Assembly: GCA_963796555.1 (NCBI GenBank)
Contig: CAWCLZ010000006.1
Coordinates: 14,415 to 78,414 of the forward strand
Direction: 5' to 3'
DNA length: 64,000 nucleotides
Origin: an uncultured Actinomycetes bacterium
GTDB lineage: Bacteria; Actinomycetota; Thermoleophilia; Gaiellales; Gaiellaceae
The translations under genes were made by a program, and so were the position numbers. Numbering within the stretch: position 1 is the first letter of the stretch; every line of letters starts with the position of its first letter. Positions 48,964 to 57,970 of the stretch are shown here, piece after piece. Under the pieces are notes generated by a model. It did no database searches and was not told where the DNA came from. It saw only the letters and a list, made by a program, of their open reading frames with translations.

Positions 48964-48978
48964 CCTCAAACGGGTGAG

Positions 48979-49000
48979 CTGCCGCCGGAGCTTGCGGCAG
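48979..49000 (+). terminator. Hairpin CTGCCGC-N8-GCGGCAG followed by GTTT
   Basis: 7-bp GC stem 16 nt after the deacetylase stop. Confidence 0.4.
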
Positions 49001-49118
49001 GTTTCGGCAGAAGTTCCTGCAGCTCCCTCGGCCGTGCTCCCAGCGCCCGACTTGTCGCGAACCCGGCTCCTGCCGACAGAGAACGCAGAAGTTGCCGTCA
49101 GCAGAGGGGGTTTCGACG

Positions 49119-50174
49119 ATGGGCCGCACGCGTCGGGTTCTGGTCATCGACGACGACCGGCTGCTCTGTGAGCTGGTCCGCACGACGTTCGAGCTCGAGG
49201 GGTTCGAGGTGGACACCGCGTACGACGTGATCGACGCCGAGCGCATGCTCGTCGGGTCGCGTCCCGACGCGATCCTGCTCGACATCGGGCTTCCCGGGAT
49301 CGATGGGATCTTCTACCTGGAGCGCCTGCGCGAGACGCCGCAGACGAGCAGGATCCCGATCGTCGCGATCAGCGGCTCGGACGAGGCCGGCCGCGCCGCG
49401 CGGGCCGTGGGCGCCGAGGCGTTCCTGCGCAAGCCGTTCAGCCCGCTTGAGCTGATCGCGCTCGTTACGCCCCTGATCCGACAGGCGGACCCCGGCGAGA
49501 CGGGCGACGGCGGGGACGTCGTCGACGTCGCCGATCTGAACCGCCTGATCGAAATCGGCCGCCGCCAGCATCAACTCCTGCACGAGGCCTACGCGCAGAC
49601 CGTCGCGGTGCTCGCGTCGGCGCTCGAGTCGCGCGACTTCGGCACGAGCATGCACTCGCGCCGGGTCACGTCGTACGCGACGAGGCTCACCCTCGAGGTC
49701 GCGCCGGGGCTGCTCGACGACCCGAGCCTCGAATGGGGCTTCCTCCTGCACGACGTGGGGAAGATCGGCATCCCCGACGGCATCCTCCTCAAGCCCGGGC
49801 GGCTCACCGCGCCCGAGCGGCGGCGGATGCAGGAACACGCGGAGCTCGGCGAGCGGCTGCTCGCCCACGTCCCGCTGCTCAACCAGGAAGGCGCCCGCGT
49901 CATCCGCTCCCACCACGAGCGGTGGGACGGGAACGGGTACCCAGACAGGCTCTCCGAGGAGAGCATCCCGCTCGGCGCGCGGATCTTCGCCGTCGTCGAC
50001 TCGCTCGACGCAATGACCGACAAGCGTCCATACCGCTCGCCGGTCAGTTGGGAGGTCGCGGCCGAGGAGATCCGCCGCTGCCGCGGCTTGCACTTCGACC
50101 CCGACGTCGTCGACGGCTTCGAAGCCTGCGAGCCCGACCTCTACCGCCTGCACACGGCGGAGCTCGCCGCCTGA
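49119..50174 (+). CDS. Response regulator with HD-GYP c-di-GMP phosphodiesterase output domain
   Basis: REC domain (VLVIDDD, AILLDIGLPGIDG, KPF) plus HD-GYP (HSRRV, LLHDVGK, HHERWDGNGYP). GAGGGGG SD. Confidence 0.88.
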   Translation: MGRTRRVLVIDDDRLLCELVRTTFELEGFEVDTAYDVIDAERMLVGSRPDAILLDIGLPGIDGIFYLERLRETPQTSRIPIVAISGSDEAGRAARAVGAEAFLRKPFSPLELIALVTPLIRQADPGETGDGGDVVDVADLNRLIEIGRRQHQLLHEAYAQTVAVLASALESRDFGTSMHSRRVTSYATRLTLEVAPGLLDDPSLEWGFLLHDVGKIGIPDGILLKPGRLTAPERRRMQEHAELGERLLAHVPLLNQEGARVIRSHHERWDGNGYPDRLSEESIPLGARIFAVVDSLDAMTDKRPYRSPVSWEVAAEEIRRCRGLHFDPDVVDGFEACEPDLYRLHTAELAA

Positions 50175-50183
50175 GAGAGATGA

Positions 50184-50212
50184 GGGAGGGCGGCCGTCAC
50201 GACCGCCCTCCC
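50184..50212. terminator. Bidirectional hairpin GGGAGGGCGG-N9-CCGCCCTCCC between convergent genes
   Basis: 10-bp perfect stem in the 49-nt gap between the HD-GYP gene and the 50224-50706 gene. Confidence 0.5.
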
Positions 50213-50223
50213 CAGAGTCGGCG

Positions 50224-50706
50224 CTAGTGGGAGCGAGCGGGGAGCACGAACAGGTGGCCCATCCCCGAGTGCACCTGGCGGTGCAGGGCGCTGGAGGGCA
50301 CGCAGGCCGGATCGACGACCGCGACATACAGACCCTGGAACGGCGTCGACGGATCGAAGTCGAGGGCCGTCGCGTAGGTGTCGCTCGCCGTCGAGGTCGG
50401 ATCGGCGCCGGTCCCGTAGTGGTATCCCTGCGCCGTCCCCGACAAGGAGCCGTTGGGATCGCCGAACTGGTTGATCGGCAGGACGCCGCTGTTGTTGCTG
50501 ATGAGACAGCTCCGCACGAAGCCGTCGGCGTCGTTCGCCTCGGCCTTGACCGTCTTCAGGCTCTTGCTCAGGCTCGCGACCTGCTTCTTGAGCGCCGCGA
50601 ACTGCTTCGCGGTCGGACCGCTGGCCCGCCCACTCGCACCCGAGGCTGCCACGTACATGGCAGCCGCGACCACCGCGACCCCGACCAGCAACATGAAACG
50701 CTTCAT
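50224..50706 (-). CDS. Hypothetical secreted protein
   Basis: Signal peptide MKRFMLLVGVAVVAAAMYVAASGA. AAGGAGG SD. TTGACA -35-like box at 50774-50779. Confidence 0.65.
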   Translation of the reverse strand: MKRFMLLVGVAVVAAAMYVAASGASGRASGPTAKQFAALKKQVASLSKSLKTVKAEANDADGFVRSCLISNNSGVLPINQFGDPNGSLSGTAQGYHYGTGADPTSTASDTYATALDFDPSTPFQGLYVAVVDPACVPSSALHRQVHSGMGHLFVLPARSH

Positions 50707-50811
50707 CGTCCCTCCTTATGGCCCCCCGCTCCATGCGGGAAAGTGCCTGGACTCAACAGCGCAGGTGGCTGGATGTCAAATCAGCGGCCGCGCGGCCGGG
50801 GCCTGCTGCCG

Positions 50812-51462
50812 CTACGAGGCGGGAAGGCCGACGGGGCAGGAGACGCCGGTGCCGCCGAGGCCGCAGTAGCCGTTCGGGTTCTTGGCGAGGTACTGCTGGT
50901 GATACGGCTCGGCGTAGTAGAACGGCCCCGCCGCGGCGATCTCGGTCGTGATCTCGCCGTAGCCGGCGCGCGCGAGCTCGGCCTGGAACATGTCGCGTGA
51001 CGCCTCCGCGGCCGCCCGCTGCTCCTCGTTCGCCCAGTACACCGCCGAGCGGTACTGCGTGCCGACGTCGTTGGCCTGCCGCTGCCCCTGGGTCGGATCG
51101 TGGTTCTCCCAGAACAGCCTCAGCACTCCGTCGAGCGAGAGCACGGCCGGGTCGAAGACGACCAGCACCGCCTCCGTGTGGCCCGTCCGTCCGCTGCAGA
51201 CCTCCTCGTACGTCGGGTTCGGCGTGTAGCCACCCGCGTAGCCGACCGCGGTCGTGTAGACGCCGTCGGCCTGCCAGAACACGCGCTCGGCGCCCCAGAA
51301 GCAGCCCATCCCCACCACGAGCTGCTCCATCCCCTCGGGGAACGGCGGCTGGAGCGGCGTCCCGAGCACCTCGTGCCGCTCGGGCACCTGCAGCGGGGTC
51401 TCGCGCCCGGGCAGCGCATCCTCGGGCTTGACCATCTCGGCCTTCTTCGTGAACAGGAACAT
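50812..51462 (-). CDS. msrA: Peptide-methionine (S)-S-oxide reductase
   Basis: GMGCFWGAE active site and GHTEAV. Confidence 0.92.
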   Translation of the reverse strand: MFLFTKKAEMVKPEDALPGRETPLQVPERHEVLGTPLQPPFPEGMEQLVVGMGCFWGAERVFWQADGVYTTAVGYAGGYTPNPTYEEVCSGRTGHTEAVLVVFDPAVLSLDGVLRLFWENHDPTQGQRQANDVGTQYRSAVYWANEEQRAAAEASRDMFQAELARAGYGEITTEIAAAGPFYYAEPYHQQYLAKNPNGYCGLGGTGVSCPVGLPAS

Positions 51463-51471
51463 GGGTACAGC

Positions 51472-52152
51472 TTAGGCGGCGGGATCCTCCTCACCGAGCT
51501 CCTGGGCGACCGAGCCGCCGACCTCGCGCTCGGCGCGCTCGAGCAGCTCGCCCTCCTTCCGCTTCGTCCAGACGATGAACGCGACGACGAGTGCGACCCC
51601 TGCGACGCCGACGCCGATGTCGATCGCCGTGCTCAGCCGCTGCACCGCGCTGCCGAACACGTAGTAGACGACGCCGAAGAAGGTCGCCCAGACGACGGCG
51701 CCGGCGGCGTTGAAGACGAGGAAACGGCCCCACGCCATCTGGTTCGTGCCCGCGAGAAACGCCGCGTAGGTACGCAGGATCGAGACGAAGCGGCCCCAGA
51801 ACACAACCTTGCCGCCGTGGCGGCGGAAGAGCCAGATCCCGATCTTGAGCCGGCCTTCGTCCAGGCCGATCCGATGCCCGTGGCGGAGCAGCACCCTGGC
51901 GCCGCCGTAGCGGCCGATCGAGAAGCCGATGTTGTCGCCGATGATCGCGCCGGCGATCGCGGCCAGGATCACCCACTCGATCTCGAGGTTGTGCGTCGAG
52001 CCGGCGTAGAGCGCCGCGCCGATCAGAGCCGTCTCGCCGGGGACCGGCACGCCGATGCTCTCGATCAGCACGAGCAGGAACACGACGAGGTAGCCGTAGG
52101 ACTCCAGCCACGTGTCGATCGTGTTCGTGGAGAGGAAAAAGCCGAGCGTCAC
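51472..52152 (-). CDS. DedA family membrane protein
   Basis: ESIGVPVPGE and GDNIGFSIGRYGG motifs. Confidence 0.85.
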   Translation of the reverse strand: MTLGFFLSTNTIDTWLESYGYLVVFLLVLIESIGVPVPGETALIGAALYAGSTHNLEIEWVILAAIAGAIIGDNIGFSIGRYGGARVLLRHGHRIGLDEGRLKIGIWLFRRHGGKVVFWGRFVSILRTYAAFLAGTNQMAWGRFLVFNAAGAVVWATFFGVVYYVFGSAVQRLSTAIDIGVGVAGVALVVAFIVWTKRKEGELLERAEREVGGSVAQELGEEDPAA

Positions 52153-52186
52153 GCCTACATCTCACCTGAGACTCACCCGCGGCCGG

Positions 52187-52192
52187 TACGTT
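52187..52192 (+). promoter_or_regulatory. Candidate -10 hexamer TACGTT (leaderless ABC operon)
   Basis: TACGTT-N7-GTG(52200). Confidence 0.35.
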
Positions 52193-52199
52193 CAAGGAT

Positions 52200-53120
52200 G
52201 TGATCGAAGCCCGGGACCTCACGAAGGACTACGGCGAGAAGCGCGCCGTCGACGGGCTCAGCTTCACCGTCCAGCCGGGCGTCGTCACGGGATTCCTCGG
52301 CCCGAACGGCTCCGGCAAGTCGACCACGATGCGCCTCATCCTCGGCCTCGACGCGCCGACACGCGGCGACGTCACCGTCAACGGCCGCCACTACCGCGAG
52401 CACACCGCGCCGCTGCACGAGGTCGGCGCGCTGCTCGAGGCGCGCTCCGTGCACACCGGGCGGTCGGCGTACAACCATCTCCTCGGGCTCGCCCAGACGC
52501 ACGGGATCCCCAAGCGGCGCGTCTCGGAGCTCATCGACCTCGTCGGCCTGCACGAAGTGGCGCGCAAGCGGAGCGGCCAGTTCTCGCTCGGCATGGGCCA
52601 GCGGCTCGGCATCGCCCAAGCACTCCTCGGCGATCCGAAGACGGTGATGCTCGACGAGCCGGTCAACGGCCTCGACCCGGAGGGCATCCACTGGGTGCGC
52701 AACCTCCTCAAGGGGCTTGCCGCCGAGGGTCGCACGGTCTTCGTCTCCTCCCACCTCATGACCGAGATGGCGCTGACCGCCGACCACCTGATCGTGATCG
52801 GCCGCGGCAAGCTGATCGCGGACATGAGCGTCGACGACTTCGTCGCGCGCGCCTCGCAGAAGGTCGTGGTCGTCCGCTCGCCCGAGCTCGAGCGGCTGCG
52901 GGGTGCGTTGACCGGCGCGGGAGTCACGTTTGCCGACGCCGAGCGCGGCGCGCTCGAGGTGCACGGACTGACCCCCGAGCAGGTCGGCGAAACCGCAGCC
53001 GGCGCCGGCATCGTGTTGCACGAGCTGTCGCCCCAGCAGGCGTCGCTCGAGGAGGCGTTCATGAACCTGACCAGCGACGAGCTCGAGTTCGCGGCCGAGC
53101 TGGAGGAGGCGGTCGCGTGA
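52200..53120 (+). CDS. ABC transporter ATP-binding protein (ABC-2/drug exporter type)
   Basis: Walker A GPNGSGKST, signature FSLGMGQR, Walker B MLDEP. Confidence 0.9.
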   Translation: MIEARDLTKDYGEKRAVDGLSFTVQPGVVTGFLGPNGSGKSTTMRLILGLDAPTRGDVTVNGRHYREHTAPLHEVGALLEARSVHTGRSAYNHLLGLAQTHGIPKRRVSELIDLVGLHEVARKRSGQFSLGMGQRLGIAQALLGDPKTVMLDEPVNGLDPEGIHWVRNLLKGLAAEGRTVFVSSHLMTEMALTADHLIVIGRGKLIADMSVDDFVARASQKVVVVRSPELERLRGALTGAGVTFADAERGALEVHGLTPEQVGETAAGAGIVLHELSPQQASLEEAFMNLTSDELEFAAELEEAVA

Positions 53121-53947
53121 GCGCGATCACGCCGCCCGCGCGCATCCCGCACCTCGACGTCACCGGCCGCGTCACGTTCTCCCGCGTGCTGCTCTCGGAG
53201 TGGACGAAGCTCCGCTCGGTGCGATCGACGAAGTGGTCGCTCGGCGTCGGGTTCCTGCTCACGATCGCCTTCCCGGTTCTCTTCTCCTTCGTCACCCGCT
53301 CGCACTGGAGCTCGATGTCCCCGGGCGAGCGTGCCGGCCGCCACCCGCTCGACATCGCACTGGCCGGCGTCAACGTCGCGCAACTCGCGATCGCGGTCCT
53401 CGGCGTGCTCCTGATCAGCGCGGAGTACGGGACCGGCTCGATCCGCTCCACCTTCACGGCCGTGCCGAAGCGGCTGCCCGTGCTCTGGGCGAAACTCCTC
53501 GACTACGCGGTGGTCTCGATCGTGCTCATCGTGCCCGCCGTGCTCGTGAGCTTCTTCGCGAGCCAGGCAATCCTCAAGAGCATTCCGCAGCTGCAGATCT
53601 CGTTCACGCAGCCGGGCGTCGCGCGCGCGGTGATCGGCGGCGCCGTCTACGTGATGCTCGTCGGCGTCTTCGCGCTCGCGGTCGGCGCGATCGTCCGCAA
53701 TACCGCGGGCGGGATCGCTGCGTTCGCCGCCATCTTCTTTGTCCTGCCGCCGTTGATGTTCACGCTGCCGACGAGCTGGAACAACGCGATCAGCCAGTAC
53801 CTCCCGAGCAACGCCGGCCGCCAACTGTTCGCCCTCCAGCACGCCTCGCACACACTGACTCCGCTGGCCGGCGGCCTCGTCCTCGTCGGCTACTGCGCCG
53901 CCGCGATCCTGATCGCGGCGATCCTGCTCGTCCGCCGGGACGTCTGA
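53117..53947 (+). CDS. ABC-2 type transporter permease
   Basis: GTGA-coupled to the ATPase. EWTKLRSVRST motif and 6 TM helices. Confidence 0.8.
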   Translation: MSAITPPARIPHLDVTGRVTFSRVLLSEWTKLRSVRSTKWSLGVGFLLTIAFPVLFSFVTRSHWSSMSPGERAGRHPLDIALAGVNVAQLAIAVLGVLLISAEYGTGSIRSTFTAVPKRLPVLWAKLLDYAVVSIVLIVPAVLVSFFASQAILKSIPQLQISFTQPGVARAVIGGAVYVMLVGVFALAVGAIVRNTAGGIAAFAAIFFVLPPLMFTLPTSWNNAISQYLPSNAGRQLFALQHASHTLTPLAGGLVLVGYCAAAILIAAILLVRRDV

Positions 53948-53983
53948 GCGCGAGCAGGCGGACCTGCCTGCGACCATGCGGGT

Positions 53984-55501
53984 GTGAGCGCCGACGAGTC
54001 ACGCACGAAACGCGTCCTCACCGATGCGGCCGCTCTGGGCTCGGCGGCAGCGGGAGCCTCCGCGCAGCGCCTCACGGTCGCGCTCGGCGGGCACGAGCGC
54101 GCGCGCGTCATCATCGTCCTCGCCGCGATCCTCGGGCTGAGCGGCGCCGACGCCGCGACCGTCGGCGCGTCGGCGCAGGAGCTGCGGCAGGGCCTCCACA
54201 TCTCGAACACCGACATCGGGCTGCTCGTCGCGGTCAGCTCCCTCGTCGGCGCGTTCGCCTCGCTGCCGTTCGGCGTGCTGGCCGACCGCGTGACACGAAC
54301 CCGGGTGCTCGGCGTCACCATCGTCACCTGGGGCGCCGCGATGCTCTGGAGTGCCACCGCCTCGGACTTCAGAGAGCTGCTCTGGACGCGACTCTTCCTC
54401 GGCGCGGTCACGGCCTCTGCGGGCCCGATGGTCGCCTCGCTCGTCGGCGACTGGTTCGGCAGCTGGGAGCGCGGCCGGATCTACGGCGTCATCCTCGCGG
54501 GCGAGTACGTCGGCGCCGGCATCGGCTTCGCGATCACCGGCAACGTCGCCGCGCTCTCGTGGCGGGCCGCCTTCGTCATCCTCGCGCTGCCCGCGTTCGT
54601 GCTCGCCTACATCGTCTGGCGGCTGCGCGAGCCGGAGCGTGGCGGCAAGGGAGTGCTCGCCTCCGACAAGGCAGGCCCCTCCCCCGAGCTGCTGGCCCAG
54701 GCAGCGGAGGGTAACCAGACGACCGACGCGCAGCGGCTGGCGCGGGAGAAAGGCCTCGTGCCCGATCCCGAGCTCGTCGTCGACCCCGGCACGGCGCGGC
54801 GCATGAACCTCTGGCGGGCCACCCGCTACGTGCTGCGCGTGCGGACGAACCTCGTCCTCATCGCCGCGAGCGTGTGCGGCTACTACTTCCTCGCGGGCCT
54901 GCAGACGTTCGGGCTGGAGTTCTCCAAGGAGCAGTACGGGATCGACCAGGCGCTCGCGAGCTCGCTCCTGCTCGTGGTCGGAGTCGGCTCGTTGGCCGGC
55001 GTTCTCGCCGGCGGTGCGCTCGGCGACTATCTGTTGAAGCGCGGCTTGCTGAGCGCGCGCGTGTGGACGCCCGCCGTCGCCGCGGGAGCCACGACGCTTC
55101 TGTTCATTCCGGCGCTGCTCACCCGCGGAGCGGTGACCGCCGTGCCCTATCTCGTCGCAGCGGCGTTCTTCCTCGGCGCCCAGAATCCGCCCCTCGACGC
55201 CGCGAGGCTCGACATCATGCCGCCGCTCCTCTGGGGACGTGCGGAAGCGGTGCGGACGATGCTGCGCTCGCTCGCGATGGCCCTGGCCCCGCTCCTGTTC
55301 GGCGCCGTCTCGGACCACGTGTTCGGCGGCGGCCGCCAGGGCCTGCAGATCACCTTCATCGTCATGATCCTCCCGCTCGGGGCGAGCTCCTGGCTCCTGT
55401 TCAAGGGCCTGCGGACGTATCCGGGCGACGTGGCCACGGCCGCCGCGAGCGCCGAGGGCGCGCCCGGGTACCCTCAACCGCGGGACCACTGGGGTCTGTG
55501 A
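53984..55501 (+). CDS. MFS transporter
   Basis: 505 aa with about 12-14 TM helices and the MFS loop motif GVLADRVTRTRV. Confidence 0.85.
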   Translation: MSADESRTKRVLTDAAALGSAAAGASAQRLTVALGGHERARVIIVLAAILGLSGADAATVGASAQELRQGLHISNTDIGLLVAVSSLVGAFASLPFGVLADRVTRTRVLGVTIVTWGAAMLWSATASDFRELLWTRLFLGAVTASAGPMVASLVGDWFGSWERGRIYGVILAGEYVGAGIGFAITGNVAALSWRAAFVILALPAFVLAYIVWRLREPERGGKGVLASDKAGPSPELLAQAAEGNQTTDAQRLAREKGLVPDPELVVDPGTARRMNLWRATRYVLRVRTNLVLIAASVCGYYFLAGLQTFGLEFSKEQYGIDQALASSLLLVVGVGSLAGVLAGGALGDYLLKRGLLSARVWTPAVAAGATTLLFIPALLTRGAVTAVPYLVAAAFFLGAQNPPLDAARLDIMPPLLWGRAEAVRTMLRSLAMALAPLLFGAVSDHVFGGGRQGLQITFIVMILPLGASSWLLFKGLRTYPGDVATAAASAEGAPGYPQPRDHWGL

Positions 55502-56247
55502 TGAACACCGGCGACGGCTTTCTCTTTCTCTCAGCCTTCCTCGCCAGCGGCGTCGAATTCGTCGAGGCGCTGACGATCGTGCTCGCCGCCGGGCTCGCCC
55601 GCGGCTGGCGCTCGTCGCTCGCCGGGCTCGGCGCCGCGACCATCGTGCTCGCAGTCGTGGTCGCGGTGCTCGGGCCGGCGCTCACCGCGATCCCGCTCGA
55701 CGCGCTGCGGCTCGTCGTCGGCGCGCTGCTGCTCGTCTTCGGCTTGCAGTGGCTGCGTAAGGCGATCCTGCGCGCGAGCGGCTACAAGGCGCTGCACGAC
55801 GAGGACGCGATCTTCGCGCGCGAGCTCGCCGAGGCCGAGAGCGCGGGCCGGGTCGAGCGCGCCGGCGTCGACTGGTACGGCTTCACGCTCTCGTTCAAGG
55901 GCGTGCTGCTCGAGGGGCTGGAGGTCGTGTTCATCGTCCTAACCTTCGGCAGCGCGCAGGGCTCGATCCCACTCGCGGCGGCCGGAGCCGTCGCGGCTCT
56001 CGTGCTCGTCGCAGGAATCGGCGTCGCCGTGCGCGCGCCGCTCGCCCGGGTTCCCGAGAACGCGATGAAGTTCGCGGTCGGCGTGATGCTGACGACGTTC
56101 GGGGTCTTCTGGTCCGCCGAAGGCGCCGGAGCCGATTGGCCCGGCGACGACGCTGCCCTGCTCGGCGTGCTGGGCTTCGTGATCCTCTGCTCGCTCGTGC
56201 TCGTGCGGCTGCTGCGGCGCGAGCGTCTCGAGGCTGTGCCCGCATGA
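55501..56247 (+). CDS. Hypothetical membrane protein (COG4280-like)
   Basis: TGATG junction with the MFS gene. 6 TM helices. Tail of a longer listed ORF. Confidence 0.7.
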   Translation: MNTGDGFLFLSAFLASGVEFVEALTIVLAAGLARGWRSSLAGLGAATIVLAVVVAVLGPALTAIPLDALRLVVGALLLVFGLQWLRKAILRASGYKALHDEDAIFARELAEAESAGRVERAGVDWYGFTLSFKGVLLEGLEVVFIVLTFGSAQGSIPLAAAGAVAALVLVAGIGVAVRAPLARVPENAMKFAVGVMLTTFGVFWSAEGAGADWPGDDAALLGVLGFVILCSLVLVRLLRRERLEAVPA

Positions 56248-56444
56248 GGCGACTCACCGCTTTCGGCCGCTTCTGGTGGGACTTCGTGATCGGCGACGAC
56301 TGGCTCGTGGCGGCGCTCGTGGTCGTCGCGATCGGCGCAACGGCCCTGCTCGCTGCTGCGGACGTCGCAGCCTGGTGGCTGCTGCCACTCGCCGTCCCGC
56401 TCGTGCTGTGGCTCTCGCTGCGGCGGGCGATACGCTCGGCCTAG
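56244..56444 (+). CDS. Small 2-TM membrane protein
   Basis: ATGA-coupled. MRRLTAFGRFWWDFVIGDDWLVA.... Confidence 0.5.
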   Translation: MRRLTAFGRFWWDFVIGDDWLVAALVVVAIGATALLAAADVAAWWLLPLAVPLVLWLSLRRAIRSA

Positions 56445-56452
56445 CGCCACGC

Positions 56453-56526
56453 GGGCCCGTAGCTCAGCTGGTCAGAGCAGCGGACTCATAATCCGTTGGT
56501 CCCTGGTTCGAATCCAGGCGGGCCCA
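56453..56526 (+). tRNA. tRNA-Met (anticodon CAT), elongator type or possibly tRNA-Ile2
   Basis: Cloverleaf by hand: acceptor GGGCCCG/CGGGCCC, D arm GCTC-AGCTGGTCA-GAGC, anticodon arm GCGGA-CTCATAA-TCCGT, T arm CCTGG-TTCGAAT-CCAGG, discriminator A. No encoded CCA. The G1:C72 pair argues against an initiator. Confidence 0.9.
56512..56524 (+). repeat. 13-nt ATCCAGGCGGGCC (tRNA T-arm/acceptor 3' part), repeated at 57291-57303
   Basis: Exact direct repeat found by eye. Confidence 0.7.
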
Positions 56527-56530
56527 CTCC

Positions 56531-56555
56531 GAAAGGCGCTGGAAACGGCGCTTTT
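56531..56555 (+). terminator. Hairpin GAAAGGCGC-N8-GCGCTTTTC after the tRNA
   Basis: 9-bp stem (one G:U pair) ending in a T-run. Confidence 0.5.
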
Positions 56556-56671
56556 CGTGTCTTGCGGCTCGTGCCGGACGCTCGGGGTGGCGAGCGGAGT
56601 GGCGAAGTCCCCTCCGCTGCCGGTGTGACGCGTAAACGACGTCATCGCTAGACGGGCTTCGGCGAGCGTCG

Positions 56672-56677
56672 TACTCT
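56672..56677 (+). promoter_or_regulatory. Candidate -10 hexamer TACTCT (leaderless lepB)
   Basis: TACTCT-N6-GTG(56684). Confidence 0.35.
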
Positions 56678-56683
56678 CGCGGC

Positions 56684-57283
56684 GTGCACGGACGTGCCGC
56701 CTCGCCTCTCCTCCTCGTTGCCCTGCTCCCTCTGGCCACCGCCTGCGGGAGCACTAAGGCGTCAACCCCGACGGCCTCGTCCTCGCCCCCGACGACCACG
56801 GTGCACGTAAGCCCGCCGGAGCGCGTCTTCAACATCCCGTCGTCGGGGATGGAGCCGACGCTGCATTGCGCGAAAGGCATGCCCGGCTGCCTCGGCAAGT
56901 TCGATGATCGTGTGGTCGTGAAGCCGGGCAGCGGCATCCAGCGAGACGACATCCTGGTGTTTCGAACGCCGCCCGAGGCTGCGATGAAGTGCGGCGAAGG
57001 CGGGACATTCGTGAAGCGGTTGATCGGTCTACCCGGCGAAACGGTTCACGAGGACGATCACGGCTTCATCGACATCAACGGGAAGCGACTGACCGAGCCG
57101 TACATCCCGCGTGCTGACCGTGGCCAAGACAGCGCGTTTTCCGGGAAGACGTGGCACGTCCCAAAGGGTGACTACTTCGTGATGGGCGACAACCGCGCGG
57201 CATCGTGTGACTCGCGTGTGTGGGGCTTCGTGCCAGCCCGCAACATCATCGGCCCGGTCGTCAAGATCATTCGCCCGCACTAG
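56684..57283 (+). CDS. lepB: Signal peptidase I
   Basis: Catalytic Ser box IPSSGMEPTL, Lys box FVKRLIGLPGE and box E GDNRAASCDSR. The N-terminal anchor ends in LATAC. Confidence 0.85.
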   Translation: MHGRAASPLLLVALLPLATACGSTKASTPTASSSPPTTTVHVSPPERVFNIPSSGMEPTLHCAKGMPGCLGKFDDRVVVKPGSGIQRDDILVFRTPPEAAMKCGEGGTFVKRLIGLPGETVHEDDHGFIDINGKRLTEPYIPRADRGQDSAFSGKTWHVPKGDYFVMGDNRAASCDSRVWGFVPARNIIGPVVKIIRPH

Positions 57284-57290
57284 CCCGAGG

Positions 57291-57303
57291 ATCCAGGCGG
57301 GCC
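57291..57303 (+). repeat. Second copy of ATCCAGGCGGGCC, 8 nt after the lepB stop, followed by AT-rich GATAATTAAT
   Basis: Exact match to 56512-56524. It can also pair with GCCCG upstream as a terminator-like hairpin. Confidence 0.7.
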
Positions 57304-57338
57304 GATAATTAATCCACGGCGTTGTACCCTGGAGCTCG

Positions 57339-57812
57339 ATGCGTGCGCTGCGAGGTTTGCTTCTCTTCAAGCTCGGCGCCTTCGTGGGGATGATGGCCGC
57401 GGCGGCGTTCGTCCGGCGGACCGTGCCGTCCCGCGGGGACGAACAGAGCGACGAGCTCTCCCTCGTCGCCGTCCTCGACGGTATCGAGCTCAAGAGCCGA
57501 GCCGACGCCTTCACGGGAGGCTCGATGCTGGCCTGGTTCGGCGGCATCGCGGTCGACCTTCGTGAGGCCGAGCTCGCACCGGACGCGCGGCTGTCCCTCA
57601 ACACCCTGTTCGGCGGCATCGCGATCAAGACGCCGCCGGGCTGGCGCATCGAATCCGAGCTGAAGACTCTGGTCGGTGGGGTCGATACCCGGTCGGCCGC
57701 GGCGGACGACCAGCACGCGCCGACGCTGACCCTCACGGGCACGGCACTCCTGGGCGGGATCGCGGTCGGAGCGAAGGCGATCGGCCCCGACCTCGACGGT
57801 CGCACTCCCTAG
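57339..57812 (+). CDS. Hypothetical membrane-anchored protein (LiaF C-terminal domain-like)
   Basis: N-terminal TM helix, then repeated FGG(I/V) strands (WFGGIAVDLREA, LFGGIAIKTPPGW, LVGGV, LLGGIAV). Confidence 0.55.
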   Translation: MRALRGLLLFKLGAFVGMMAAAAFVRRTVPSRGDEQSDELSLVAVLDGIELKSRADAFTGGSMLAWFGGIAVDLREAELAPDARLSLNTLFGGIAIKTPPGWRIESELKTLVGGVDTRSAAADDQHAPTLTLTGTALLGGIAVGAKAIGPDLDGRTP

Positions 57813-57970
57813 CTCGAGATGGGCCGGCCCTGAAGTGCGCTTGCCTACGGGCTGCTGCTCGAGACGGTCGCGCAATGCGAGACGCATCGCGTGGCGATGG
57901 ACGGTGGCAGCGCAGGATCCGCTGAGGGTGTGCCGGTTCCGCCGCCGGGTCGGGTAACGATTCCCGCAGA

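Noticed and set aside
56453-56526. tRNA as initiator tRNA-fMet.
   Set aside because: The G1:C72 base pair is present and the anticodon stem lacks three consecutive G:C pairs. An elongator tRNA-Met, or lysidine-modified tRNA-Ile2, is more likely.
56464-56952. 162-aa ORF on the minus strand overlapping the tRNA and the lepB 5' end.
   Set aside because: It overlaps a clear tRNA and the lepB gene, and its composition is shadow-like.
57813-57970. Possible TPP riboswitch in the 158-nt leader of yjbQ (a thiamine-related gene).
   Set aside because: No CUGAGA / ACCUGA / GGGGUGC core elements of the THI box could be found by eye. Covariance-model scanning was not possible here.
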